From the NCBI GenBank assembly GCA_009914755.4, contig CP068257.2, positions 23,968,001 through 24,032,000 on the forward strand: 64,000 nt of DNA. Direction: 5' to 3'. A program made the translations under genes and the position numbers. The DNA is from the human T2T-CHM13v2.0 reference genome, Homo sapiens. Positions within the stretch are counted from its first letter, which is position 1. Each line of letters begins with the position of its first letter. The notes beneath the pieces are model-generated. The model was given only the letters and a program-made list of their open reading frames with translations, was not told where the DNA came from and searched no databases. Positions 19,172 to 32,340 of this stretch are shown here, one piece after another.

Positions 19172-19375
19172 CCACAAGCTGTCACAACTCTGGGCCTGTT
19201 GCTCAACTTCTCTGTCCCAGTGACCTCACCTGTAAAATGGAAATAATAGTTTTCCTTATTCAATATGATTATGAGGATTAAATTCTTAAAAGACACTATG
19301 AAAAAAGCTTAGCCTAGTGCCTAATGCATAGCAACTGTTCAGTAAATGTTAGATAATACTAAAGAAATAAAAGAA
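19172..19375 (+). mobile_element. MIR SINE fragment (5'-truncated)
   Basis: ...ctctgtcccagtgacctcacctgtaaaatggaaataatagttttccttattcaatatgattatgaggattaaattcttaaaagacactatgaaaaaagcttagcctagtgcctaatgcatagcaactgttcagtaaatgtt matches the MIR core and 3' region. Confidence 0.7.
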
Positions 19376-19649
19376 TGAAGAACCAAATCAACTGCATAGC
19401 AGAAGCAGCATATGCCAAGGCTCTGTGGGAGCTCAATGAGAAAAAAAGATGAAGCCCTGTTGTTTGTTCTGCTTTTATTCTAAACACTGCTGGAAACCAT
19501 TGAGGATTTAAGCAGGGGCACTCTGTGGGCTCCATCCTCTTCCTCTCAACCTTTCTGCTACAGCCACACCTTCTGACTCTCTTTCTGTAGTACTTGTGAC
19601 AAGGCCTTTGCCCGTGATGTCCCCTTTTCACAGACTCTTCTTTCTACCT

Positions 19650-19900
19650 GCCTTCTCCTACCTCCTTCAGACTCCAGCCTTCAGATTCCCCTGTGAAGTC
19701 TTCCCTGACCTCCCTGATAGCACGTTCTTTTTTAATAGCACCCTCAGTGATCGCTTTGCCTGATTTATGTCTCTCTCTCCCACCTACATCTTCACAAGAT
19801 GAGACACTGTCTGTTATTGCGTGCAGTTGTGTCCCAGCCACTAGCATAGTGACTGGCCTATTGTAGGCTCTTATTTCCCACTGGATAATGGAAGATGGAA
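19650..19900 (+). mobile_element. L2 LINE 3'-end fragment
   Basis: ...ccctgacctccctgatagcac...agcaccctcagtgat...gagacactgtctgttattgcgtgcagttgtgtcccagccactagcatagtgactggcctattgtaggctcttatttcc resembles the L2 3'UTR consensus (...gactgtgagctccttgagggcagggac...cccagcgcctagcacagtgcctggcacatagtaggtgctcaataaata). Confidence 0.55.
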
Positions 19901-20654
19901 AGAATAGAAAAGAAAGAGGGAGGAGGAAAAGTAGAGGAAAATAAGGTGGGGTGGGGAGGCATTGAGGCCAGCTCAATTTCAGACATTGATTTTGAGTGGT
20001 ACATCTAGGTAGCCGTTTCTGAAAACAGGTGTGGAGGTCAAGAGAGGTAGACTAAGGAGTCCTTAGAACATGGGAACTCACTTAAGCCAGTGAATGAAGA
20101 AGAGCAGAGTCTTTGGATACAAGGCTTGAGGTCACTAACTATCAATATGGACAAGTTACGAAGTCACTGAATCCTCTTTAAGAGCCACACAGAGACAGAA
20201 CTTGATCCCAGCCACACAGACCCCCGATAGCATGCTTCCCATATCCCCAGGCTGGTCACTTGGAGCACCCTGAATATTGATGATACATAAATGAGACACT
20301 CCTAATGGTTTGGCTTCTGAAGTTTATTAGGTACTTACTGATATCCATCAGTTATAGATAGGGTTGTTGAAATACGCGTAATCATACCTTTCCCCCAGCT
20401 CCCGCTAAGGTGTTGCAGAGATCTAAAGAGAAAATGCACATGAAAATACTTTCCAAATATCAAGTGTCAAACATGTGAAGATGACATTGTCATTACAGAG
20501 ATCAAGTGACAATATTAAGGATGGTTTTTTTCTTTCTAGAAGGGAGAAATACATTGCATTAGAGTCCATCTTTTTAGACACTTTTGTGGTTGCCTCAGTC
20601 TATTCAAGGTTTTTTGTTTTTGTTTTTGTTTTAATTTGTACCACTCAATCTGTT

Positions 20655-21840
<1,186 letters not shown>

Positions 21841-22199
21841 TATCATCATTGTCTTTAAGAGTGCTCTGGAGAGCAGGGACCAAAGGAAAGAATTACTGAA
21901 TCTATCTCAATTCCTTTCAGCATCCTCAGATCTGGATTATATTACCCAAGGTACAAGATGTTGCATTAGACTGCATAACTCCCTGCAACAGAATGGAGAG
22001 TTCCTACCCTTCCCACTTGCTGTTTAATTAAGGACATATATTAAGCATAGCTGTCCTAAGCAGGGACTCTCGCGGGAAATAAAGTATAACTTAAGTCATG
22101 TTATATGCAGAAAGACAAATCTTTTCCCTGCCCATGTTTTGGAGACTGCACAGGAAAGACCTAATGTGTTTATTCCAGGCATGGCTCTTTTCTTATCTT

Positions 22200-22420
22200 G
22201 GAGAATGATCTTGAATAAGCCATTTCACCATTATGGGCCTCATTTTCCTTAACTGTGAAATGAATAAGGGAGAAATGGCGGGGAGTGAAGTTGGAAAGTA
22301 TCTGTACATTCTCCCCAAAGGTTTTCATTGTTAGGATTTCACGCTTGTAGACTAATGGATGCCTGTCCATCCTTTGTTTGATCCTGGCAAGTGTTTGTTA
22401 AATGTTATTTTCTCCCCCAA
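22200..22420 (+). mobile_element. Possible MIR fragment
   Basis: ...gggcctcattttccttaactgtgaaatgaataagggagaaatggcggggagtgaagttggaaagtatctgtacattctccccaaaggttttcattgttaggatttcacgcttgtagactaatggatgcctgtccatcctttgtttgatcctggcaagtgtttgttaaatgtt loosely follows the MIR 3' half. Confidence 0.45.
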
Positions 22421-22539
22421 GAAAATTCCATTAAAAATCATTTTCATATCATCTAATTTCTTATAAAATTGCTAATTAACATTCAGTAAAGCACCAACTA
22501 CTGAGTTGATAATAAATATGTTTTATAAAAGAAAGAAGC

Positions 22540-22858
<319 letters not shown>

Positions 22859-23199
22859 TTACTGATTTTAATTGGCAGGCAAAACTAATCTAATGATGTA
22901 ATTTAGAAGCAGACAATCCTGAAAGAGAATGTTCCTGCTTATAGTAATTAAAACCAGGTGAGGCTAGTGAGTTGTTAATGTTTCTTGAAGGTACGTTTTG
23001 AGTACTGTATTGTTATAAAATACCTGAAGGAAGGTGTCACTTTGGGAGAGTAAGGTAAGCTACATGCTGGAGACACCGTGGGCTTCCCTGAATAGGTTTA
23101 TTTGGCTAGAAAAGAGGGTGGGAGGGGCACAGCATGAATGTGCTTGTGGGCTCATCAGGACACAATGTTGAAGTCAGGCTTATTTCAAAAAGTGATCTG

Positions 23200-23554
<355 letters not shown>

Positions 23555-24239
23555 TTAAAAACCTTACATTCTATCCATAAGAGCTTAAACTTACATGAGA
23601 GACACTTGGGAATGTATGTGGTTCTGGAAATAGGAGTATATTTTTCTCTAAATTTCAGAGTGTGGGCACACTTTCCAGCACCTTCTCCACACCCATGGGG
23701 AAAAATAAACCATCCAACACAGAAATACCAAATCTGAGATGTGAGAAGTCACTCCATTTAAACCCAGCCCTTTCCTTCATTGCTTGTTTTAGGAAATGTG
23801 CCTCGACACCCTAGTGTTACTTTGAATTCAGAATTAGAATGGGTGGAAAGAATTAAAAATGGTAAGCTGTCCCAAAACACCAAGTCCTCATTTATATTTA
23901 CCTGACAAAACTGCTTATAGAGTCAGAGTGAAAGTGATTGTGACAGGTGGGGGCAGGCACTATGCTCAAGGAGAAGAGAACAGAACTTAGAGGAACTCTG
24001 ACAGTATTTCCTCCCCATTCCTCCCAAATTGCCCCATGCTCCCTGGTGCAGTGATTCCTACAGGCAGAACCACAACGAAACCAGTTCCCAAACACTTGTT
24101 AATGAAGCAGTATTAACTGCCGCCATTTCTTTCACCATCCTTTTGCTGATGTTTTTTAAGTTAGGAATTTATTATTTGTTTTTATGTAAAAAAACACACT
24201 GTCCTTTGACCAAAACTTTAGTCAGGGCCCTCTGAGTCC

Positions 24240-25450
24240 TTTTCTTGACTAGATCCAACCTTAGGCTTCCCTCTCTGTCTTTGTAGAATCCAGTTTGAGC
24301 AAGAATCCTGCTAAGTCAGTTTATTGAAAATTCCCCCCACCCAGTATCTGACCTTCGATATCTTGTCACCCTGGCCTGCCTTCAGCAAGAACCCTAACAA
24401 ATCAGTTTAGCTAGAAACCCCTTATCCTTGATGTTTCTTCTTAGTACTTTTTTGTCCACTGACACCCCCCCAAACCCTGCTACTGAGTTAGAAGTCCACT
24501 TGTCCTTGTTGTTGGAATTGAGTCCAATTTTTCTCCCCCACTGCTGCAGTAGTTCCCATACCTATCTCCATGGCCTCCCCTTTGAATAAAGTCTGCCTTA
24601 CCATCTTTAACAAGCGTCATGAATAGTTTTTTTCTTGGAATGTTCCTGAAACCACCATTGCAAAATTATAACTGAGACAGTGAAAGAGACCTGACCTAAC
24701 CAACTCCATCTTCTAACCTCCAAGCTGATCTTGTTTATTCCTGGGCGTAGGCTGAACTAACTTTGGGAGGAACTTAGTTCATTGTTTATAGTTTGACACA
24801 AAGATGGTGACAACGTTTTCCCAAAACAAACCCCCTTCTTGCCTGGGGACTAGACTGCCTTTGTAGGACTAACAAATTAGCCACGAGATTAGAAATTATG
24901 GTTTAAGAGTCATTCAGGCGGAGGCTGTAAGATCCTGACCCTCCATAAACTGCTCCTAAAATCAGTGTTTGAGATATTTCGCAGACCCTGCACTTGATGG
25001 ATCAGCTGGTGCCACCCAGACGGAGAAACTGGCTCATCTGATCTTGTGGCCCCCACCCGGAACTGACTCAGCACAGAGGACAGTTTCAACTTCCTATGAT
25101 TTCATCTCCAACCCAACCAATCAGCACTCTCGACCCACTGGTCTTTCCCTCACCTACCAAGAATTATCCTTAAACACTCTGATCCCTGAATGCGGAGAGA
25201 CTGATATGAGTAATGATAAAACTCCATCTTCCACACAGCCAGCTCTGCGTGAATGACTCTTTCACCATTACAATTGCCCTGTCTTGATAAATCAGCTCTA
25301 TCTGGGCATCGGGCAAGGTGAACCCATTGGGTGGTTATATTCCTAACACAAAGAAATGATAAATGCTTGAGGACGTGGATATTCCAATTACCCTGCTTGC
25401 TACACTGTATGCTTGTATCAAATCATCACCTGTACCCCATAAATATATAA
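24240..25450. mobile_element. Possible unclassified ERV LTR-derived sequence(s)
   Basis: Non-Alu repeat-like sequence with LTR-like signals (CCAAT-like ccaaccaatcagcac, aataaag, tgtcttgataaatcagctct...). I could not match it to a consensus from memory. Confidence 0.3.
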
Positions 25451-26648
25451 AACTATTATGTACCCATAATAATTAAAAAAAATTTTAAATATTTTTAATA
25501 TATCTTATGCATTAGTTGCTTTACTAAGTATAAAACTCAAGTCTGCAAATTTTTTCTACACGTTTTTTGGAGGCTTGCTTTCTCTATTATCCATGTGGGC
25601 AATACCCTCATAGACACTAAATACAAGAGACAATTCTCAACCCTCTTTTTAGCCTTGGACTGTACAAACACCTCCACCTTTAGCTCCTGATTCTCTCCCA
25701 GTTCCTTTTGTACTTTTTGACTGCTCTTTCTTGTGTTCTTTCTCTGGGTTCTTTCTCTTCCTACCTCTTACTGCAGTTATTTCCTTAGATTTATCCATAA
25801 ACATTCACTTCTTTGTCTGATTGATCTCATTCACTGCTCCTGCCTTCTAGAAAGTTCCTCAAACAATAATCCATAGATTCGTTGCATCAGAATTAATCAA
25901 GGTACTTGTTAATAATACAGCTTCCTGGGGCTGCTGAGATTAAAACTTCTGAAACTCAGAATTTTAACATAATTTTAAGGAAAGAATCATAATGAAGGAG
26001 CTCCAAAGGATTCTGGGGAGAAGATAGTCCAGTGATCACTGTTCTAGAAGATGCTGCTAATATTTATATTTATTTCTTTAGTCAATCCTGAGGGTTTCCT
26101 GTTCTCTAGAGCACTCATTCTAACAGTCTACTGGTCACCCCAGCTATATTTCTCTCTCTCAACTCATCCCAAACCTGCAGGAATTATGTATGCCCTCTAT
26201 GTTTCTTATTCCTTTAATGACACTATTTATAACCTCCACATACAGCCACCTATGCTAGAAATCTGATACCTACATGTTCTCTCCTTTCTCACCCCTACAT
26301 CTAGCTGATAACATAATCCTGTTGACCATGTTTGTGAAATATCATCTGAATCCACCCGGTTTTTCATTTATCACACGGTGACCATTTACTTCACAACTTG
26401 GTCTCTTTCTCAGGATATTGTAATAGTTTAGACTTGACTAACACCCTGATTCTCTTTTCTGTAATCCATCCTGCACATTTCAATATGAGTCATCATTCTA
26501 GAGCAGCACTCTCTTGTAGAACTTCCTGCAATGATGGAAATACATTTTCCAATATGGCAGCCCCTACCCTCATGTGACTATTGAGAAATTCATATGTGAT
26601 CAGTGTCAGTGGAGAACTGCATTTTACATATAATTGAATTCAAATTTA

Positions 26649-26991
<343 letters not shown>

Positions 26992-28170
26992 CTACCATAT
27001 TGGACACCACAGTTCTAAAATATGAGTCTTTTCTTATTGCTTTCAAAAAGCTCATTAGCTGTAGGATGAGGTCTAGACAGTAGCGTGAATGCTCTTCGTA
27101 CTCTAACCTCCCCTTCAGTTTCTACCACCACCACCACCTACCTCACTATCCCGATCCCACATACACTTTAGTACTGTAGAACCTTGCTTTTTCTAAATAA
27201 ACCATAATTTTTCAATCTCCTAGCTCTGGATCCTGCTGTTTCCTCTATGTAGAATGCCTCTCCTTTATGTCCTTCCCTTCAGAATTTGACCCATTTTTCA
27301 AGGTTTAATAAAGAAAGCCCTGGCCCCACTCCCAACAAAAGGAACATCCCCTTATCATGGACCTTGGACAAGCCATTTAGTGTCTCTCCGCCCAGTTTTC
27401 TCATCTGCAAAGTGGGAATGATAACATTTCCTCTTTTATGGAGTTGTTGGGGGATTAGATATTGCGTTATTCAGACTCCATCACTGAGAAAGCATGCAAT
27501 AAAAATAGCTGTTATTATTTTCTGTCCTCCTGTAACATTTACCATGTGGTATCAGGCATCTTTCCTGATAAGACTCTGTCTCCCCTCAAGACTGTGAGCT
27601 TGTTAGCAAGAAAGCCTCTATCTTGTTCATGGTTGTCCTTCAGCATCCAGCACATTGTTGCCATTTGTCAAATGCCTTGGCTGGGTGGCAAATAAATAAC
27701 TTAGTCAGTTACTCACATAGGATTGCATAGAATTTTTTTAAGTATGACATTTTTGTGTATATTTTTAGGGAGGAGTAAAAGACATATAGCTGTAGCAAGA
27801 ATTAGAAAAAAGAAGATGCCAACAACTTTTCTTTTTAAGCATCAAATCCTTCTCATTACTGCCCAGAAAAACTGGCATAAGCTGTTGTTAAATCTGTGCC
27901 CCTTCTCCTCGGTTGACTGGAGTACGAGTTTTAACATTTTGCCATTTTGACTTTCCTTTCTGGGCCCCCTGGGTCCTCTCCTCCCACCCCCTCCCTGGGT
28001 ACTAAGTTTTCATCACTGTCACCACGGCAACAGCAAGGATGCCTCATTCCTCACAGTTCTGCACAGCTAAACTCTGGTCGCCTTTGTCCACTGAGCTAGC
28101 TGAATTCTTTTTAAATACACCACTAAATCAACTATCTGCTGTACAGAACTTCATCCATTATTCAACCTTT

Positions 28171-28216
28171 AAAAAAAAACAAAAACAAAAACAAACAAAA
28201 AAACAAAAGAAAAAAA
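28171..28216. repeat. (CAAAA)n-type A-rich simple repeat
   Basis: aaaaaaaaacaaaaacaaaaacaaacaaaaaaacaaaagaaaaaaa. Confidence 0.85.
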
Positions 28217-29003
28217 CTGATGTATACTAATTTCTTCTCCTGGGAATGGCCTTTTTCCAGACCTGCCAATACTCTTGAATACACCATACATTTTTGGTCC
28301 CTAGGAACAAATATAAAAATTGCCAGTGTACGTGCGTCCAGTGTAAGTGTGGTGCAATTTTAAAGCACGCAACAGAGCATTCATAATGGGTTTCCCTTTT
28401 AAAAGCACAGTAGACCAAAAATAAACCTGACAAAGGGCAGCTGTAGAGTTTTAACACGTGGAAAACTCCACAAGCAGCAGTTATGTAACTTGAAAGAAAC
28501 ATGATAAATATTTCACACCATTAGATGAACTTCCAACTCTGACACTGAAAAAAAAGCAAAGAACAAGAACGCGAGACAAATGCACCTCAAATCTCCAAGG
28601 AGCAAAAAGCTTAAACTGAGAAGGGACCAAGGCTGTACTAAAATCTGAGACCTGACTTCCAGCACGAGTCTTGATTGCTTTTTTTTTTCTCGAGTTCGAG
28701 GCGGAGCCCGCGAACCCCATCTCCTCAGAGCGCCACCCCCTCAGCTTCGCCCGTTGGGCAGAATTTTCCAAATATCTCCACCCCTAGGCTGAAAAGCCAG
28801 AAAGAAGTTTTGAGCCAACGAGGGGAAGAAAGGAGTTGGGGCAAAACAGGAGGCGTTTCCCTACCCGCATACATCCCCGTCCCCGAGACACCCAATCCCC
28901 CCACCCCCAGCCTGCCCGCGCCTCCCGCCCCCAGCTCCTCGCCCTGGGGACAGCTGGCAGCCCCGCGCGGACCAGACACAAAGCCGATCAATCCCGGAGG
29001 CGT

Positions 29004-29013
29004 GGGGGCGGAG
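29004..29013 (+). promoter_or_regulatory. GC box (Sp1-type GGGGCGGAG)
   Basis: The motif ggcgtgggggcggagggacg sits about 350 bp upstream of the ATG inside the CpG island. Confidence 0.5.
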
Positions 29014-29268
29014 GGACGACCCGCCGGGGCTTTCCCGGGCGCTGCTCTCCTCCTGCTGCCCCCTCGCTAGGACCCGGCGGACGCCTCGTCTGGTTTTCAC
29101 GCCCTCTAGCCCCTACCCCCACACCCCCAAAACAGAACAGACCCCCATCCCTGGGCTGGAGGACCCGCCTCTTGGCAGCCAGCTGAGAAGGCGCCCCGGG
29201 GAGGGGGAAACTGACATCCCATCTAGAGCCGTCCCTCCTCTTCCTCCCCTCCCGACTCTCTGCTCCTT

Positions 29269-29277
29269 TCCCGCCCC
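29269..29277 (-). promoter_or_regulatory. GC box (CCCGCCCC, Sp1-type on the minus strand) about 90 bp upstream of the ATG
   Basis: tcctttcccgccccagaagttcaagggcccc; another copy lies at about 28915-28923 (cctcccgccccca). Confidence 0.5.
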
Positions 29278-29362
29278 AGAAGTTCAAGGGCCCCCGGCCT
29301 CCTGCGCTCCTGCCGCCGGGACCCTCGACCTCCTCAGAGCAGCCGGCTGCCGCCCCGGGAAG

Positions 29363-29429
29363 ATGGCGAGGAGGAGCCGCCACCGCCTCCTCCTGCTGCT
29401 GCTGCGCTACCTGGTGGTCGCCCTGGGCT
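29363..29429 (+). CDS. JAM2: First coding exon (partial CDS) of junctional adhesion molecule B: initiator Met plus signal-peptide N-region and hydrophobic core, MARRSRHRLLLLLLRYLVVALG followed by T of a split Tyr codon (phase 1)
   Basis: The ATG at 29363 sits in reasonable Kozak context (gggaagATGG). The next 22 codons encode a basic N-region plus poly-Leu hydrophobic core, typical of a cleavable signal peptide. The ORF is followed at once by a near-consensus 5' splice donor CT|gtaagt at 29430. The peptide matches the N-terminus of human JAM2 as I remember it (MARRSRHRLLLLLLRYLVVALGYHKAYGFSAPK...). The split codon T|AY gives the Tyr at position 23. The context is a CpG island. Confidence 0.85.
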
Positions 29430-29437
29430 GTAAGTTG
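29430..29437 (+). promoter_or_regulatory. JAM2: 5' splice donor of intron 1 (gtaagttg)
   Basis: Reads GGGCT|gtaagttgct. The in-frame ORF continues to 29641 only as unrelated intronic read-through (ORF 29363-29641 in the track). Confidence 0.8.
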
Positions 29438-30267
29438 CTCGGGTTCCTCTACCCTTCCTGCCTGGACCAGCCTGCCCCCACCCTCCAGCCCCCCACGGGG
29501 CGCTGGCTGACAGTGTCTGGGCGGCTCTGGGCCGAGGTCGCCGCGGGGCGTCTGACCTTGCGCCCAGGCGAGCGGGAAACCCAGGGTGCCCGCGAGCGGA
29601 CGCTGGGAGCAAGGGAGCGCGAGGTCGTGGGTTTCTTGTGAATTGCGTCTGATTTTGTCAGTTCTAGATACAGAAAATTAAGGGTTCCCACTAGCAGGTT
29701 CTCATCTGTTTGCAAAGTTGGGGTAAGTTTTCAGACAGAGGGACGTGATTCGAATGCAAAACTCACTACCCACTGGTAAGATGCTAAGACCCCAAGAAAG
29801 ATGGCATCACTGGGAGGCGGGCGCCGGCCACACTTTGAGTCCCCGGGGAGGGGGCAGCGTCCGCGTGGTCTGGGCTCTGTAGCGTCCCAGCTGAGCCGGC
29901 GATATGCAGCGCACTTGTGGGGCGGAGGTGGAGGGAATTCGTGGCTGCTGAGCCAGAATTACTTTTATCCTCTCCACCTGCACATCTACATTCACTTAGA
30001 GAAGTCTGGTCTGGGGACTCTAGCCAGCTGCTCTGTCCTCAGGGGACATCCAACGGGACGATTGTTAGAAAGATTCAGAAGCCACATGATCCAGTAGCTG
30101 GGGAGACGTCCCAAAGCCAATTTCACCGGATGATTTTAAACAGGATTTTCACGGATTCTGGACTCATGAGATTTGAAATCCTGGGAACGTTGCCGTTATT
30201 TTGTTTTCTTCGCGTTAACTTTTTAGGAAAATGGAGGAAATTACAATAGACTAAGCAATGCAGTTCT

Positions 30268-30395
30268 ACTTTTGCTTTTTCTTTTTTCTCTCACCTTTTT
30301 TGTTTTGCTTTTTTCCCTTCCTTCCTTCCTCCCTTCCTTTCTCTTTCTTCTTTCTTTCTCTCTCTCTCTCTTTCTTTCTCTCTTTCTTTCTTTTG
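30268..30395. repeat. About 128-bp polypyrimidine (CT/CTT/CTTT-rich) mirror-repeat tract in intron 1
   Basis: Reads ctacttttgctttttcttttttctctcaccttttttgttttgcttttttcccttccttccttcctcccttcctttctctttcttctttctttctctctctctctctttctttctctctttctttcttttg. It is almost purely pyrimidine on the + strand. Confidence 0.9.
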
Positions 30396-32340
30396 TAAAA
30401 TGAGTTATTGTTGCTATTCACGTTCTGGTAAAGTAACACTTATAATACTTAACCTGCGGGACGAGTGTCTAATACCACAATACAATGATATTTTCTCACG
30501 CCCTCGCTGCCCAAGTGATCATCGCACAGCTCAAGTGATGTGAGCCACGTCCCTTTGTGGAGGAGGAAGGTGCACATTGTCTCAGGGAAGGGACATGTAC
30601 TGACCAATATTATATAAAGTCAAACCAGAAAGCCAAAGTTTCACAATGAAACCCTTGTGCAATTCTGAAATATCAATTGGTATCATATGGAACACACAGA
30701 AGAAAAAAAATGCACTCATGCTAAAAGGCAACAGAGAGGTAGGCTGGAGAAATTGTAACAGAACAACTGAGAAAGTTATGTATTCTGCTGAAATTCTAAA
30801 TTTCAAATAGAAAAGAGTGTGCCTTTTAGTGTAGAATTGTCACTAATTAAAAACAGAAAATCGTTCTGCTGTGCTATTCCTATTGAATCACCAACATAGA
30901 AACAATACACCCCAAGTCTGAAATTGTAGTGGAGAAACAACCAAGAGGCGAACAAAAGCATAAATGAATGGGGCTGAGTGACCTCTTCAAGCTTTAGGTA
31001 AATATAACACATTGTCTCTGCTAAACTTGATTCCTATAGGGGATGTATTTGGAAGTGTTGTGGGGACTTTTCTATATTGTTCCTGGGATACTAAAAGATC
31101 TGGCATTGCAAGAGTGTTTTCTTTGTATGTGGGTGTTTTTTTTTTATGTTTAAAACAATTTTAGAACAGTTTGGATTTAAATAAAAATTCCAACGCTAGT
31201 ATAGAGAGTTCTCATATATTCCACACCCAGTTTCCCACATTGTTAATATCTTACATTAGTATGGTACACTTTATTCAAATTTCCTTCATTCTTACCTAAT
31301 GCCTTTTCTATTCCAGGATGCCATCCAGGCTACCATATTACATTTAGTTGTCCTGATTCCTTAGGTTCTTCTTGGTTGTAACAGTTTCTTAGGCTTCCCT
31401 TGCTTTCTCTTACTATAATGGGTTTGAGGAGTTCTGGTCAAGTATCTGGTAGAATGACTGCGAATTGCTGTTTCTCTGATATTTTTCTCATAACTAGACT
31501 GGGGTTATAGGTTTTTTGGAGGAAGATCAGAAAGTGGTAAGGGGCCTAGGTAAAGTGACATTTTCATCACATTATCTCCAGGGAACATACCGTACACATG
31601 ACTTATTGCTGTTGATGTGAACCTAGGTCACCTGTAATCATACTCCTAATGTAGTGCATACCAGTTTTCTCCACAGATTACCTACCCTTTTTTCTTCATT
31701 TCCATACTAGATTTTTTTGGAAGGAAGTCACTACATGCAACCCACACTTCTTCAGGAAGGAGAGTTATGCTCCATCTCCTTGAAGGCGGAGTATCTTCAT
31801 AAATTATTTGGAGCTCTTCTGCATGGGAGATGGGTCTCTCCCTTCCCTTCATTTATTTATTTAATCATTTATTTTTCTATCAGTATGGGCTCATAAATAT
31901 TTGCTTTATACTTTGGGTTATAATCCAATACTATTTTATTTATTAAAGACTTAGTGGATTTCTTATGCTGTTATTACATATTCATCTTTTTAATATTCTT
32001 CCCAGATGTAACTGTGCCATTCTTTTGGCCACTCCTATCATTTATAATATCATGCTTACTCCCTTCTTTCCTTTTTATCCTGCTGTTTATCAGCATTCTT
32101 TATATCTTTCTTAGTAGTCTGGAGGATTGCTTTTTTGTTGTTGTTCTTGTTATTTAAACGATGATGTCAGTATCCCTGTTGATATATGGATATTTTTGTG
32201 TGTGTTTAGTTGAATTACATTTTTCTTTCCCACTCCATTAGGAAAGGAATTTCTTGATGTTTGCTCACCACTATATGTCCAGTGCTGAGCAAAGTTCCTG
32301 GTTAATAGTAGGTATAAATATATGCCTGTTGATTCTATGG

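Larger units (their letters stand above)
28680..29940. promoter_or_regulatory. JAM2: CpG island (TATA-less promoter region) covering the 5' flank, exon 1 and about 500 bp of the proximal intron
   Basis: CpG density and G+C rise sharply from about 28680 (ctcgagttcgaggcggagcccgcgaacc) through 29640. A second CpG-dense block lies at 29800-29940 (gggaggcgggcgccggccacac...gcagcgtccgcgtgg...gccggcgatatgcagcgcac). No TATA box precedes the ATG. Confidence 0.85.

Noticed and set aside
28455-28460. CACGTG E-box about 900 bp upstream of the ATG as a specific regulatory site
   Set aside because: A single hexamer occurs by chance about once per 4 kb on either strand. Without conservation or binding data it is not worth calling. 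It is mentioned only within the promoter-proximal unique block.
28675-29715. Cluster of overlapping 65-131 aa ORFs on both strands (e.g. 28675-29070 +, 28836-29186 +, 28988-29383 -, 29334-29612 -, 29449-29715 -) rich in Pro/Gly/Arg/Ala
   Set aside because: They all lie in the CpG island. High G+C removes stop codons in every frame, and the mutual overlap on both strands and low-complexity composition are typical of GC-skew artefacts. Only the short in-frame start at 29363 is supported, by a signal-peptide sequence and an immediately following splice donor. The long 29363-29641 ORF is intronic read-through.
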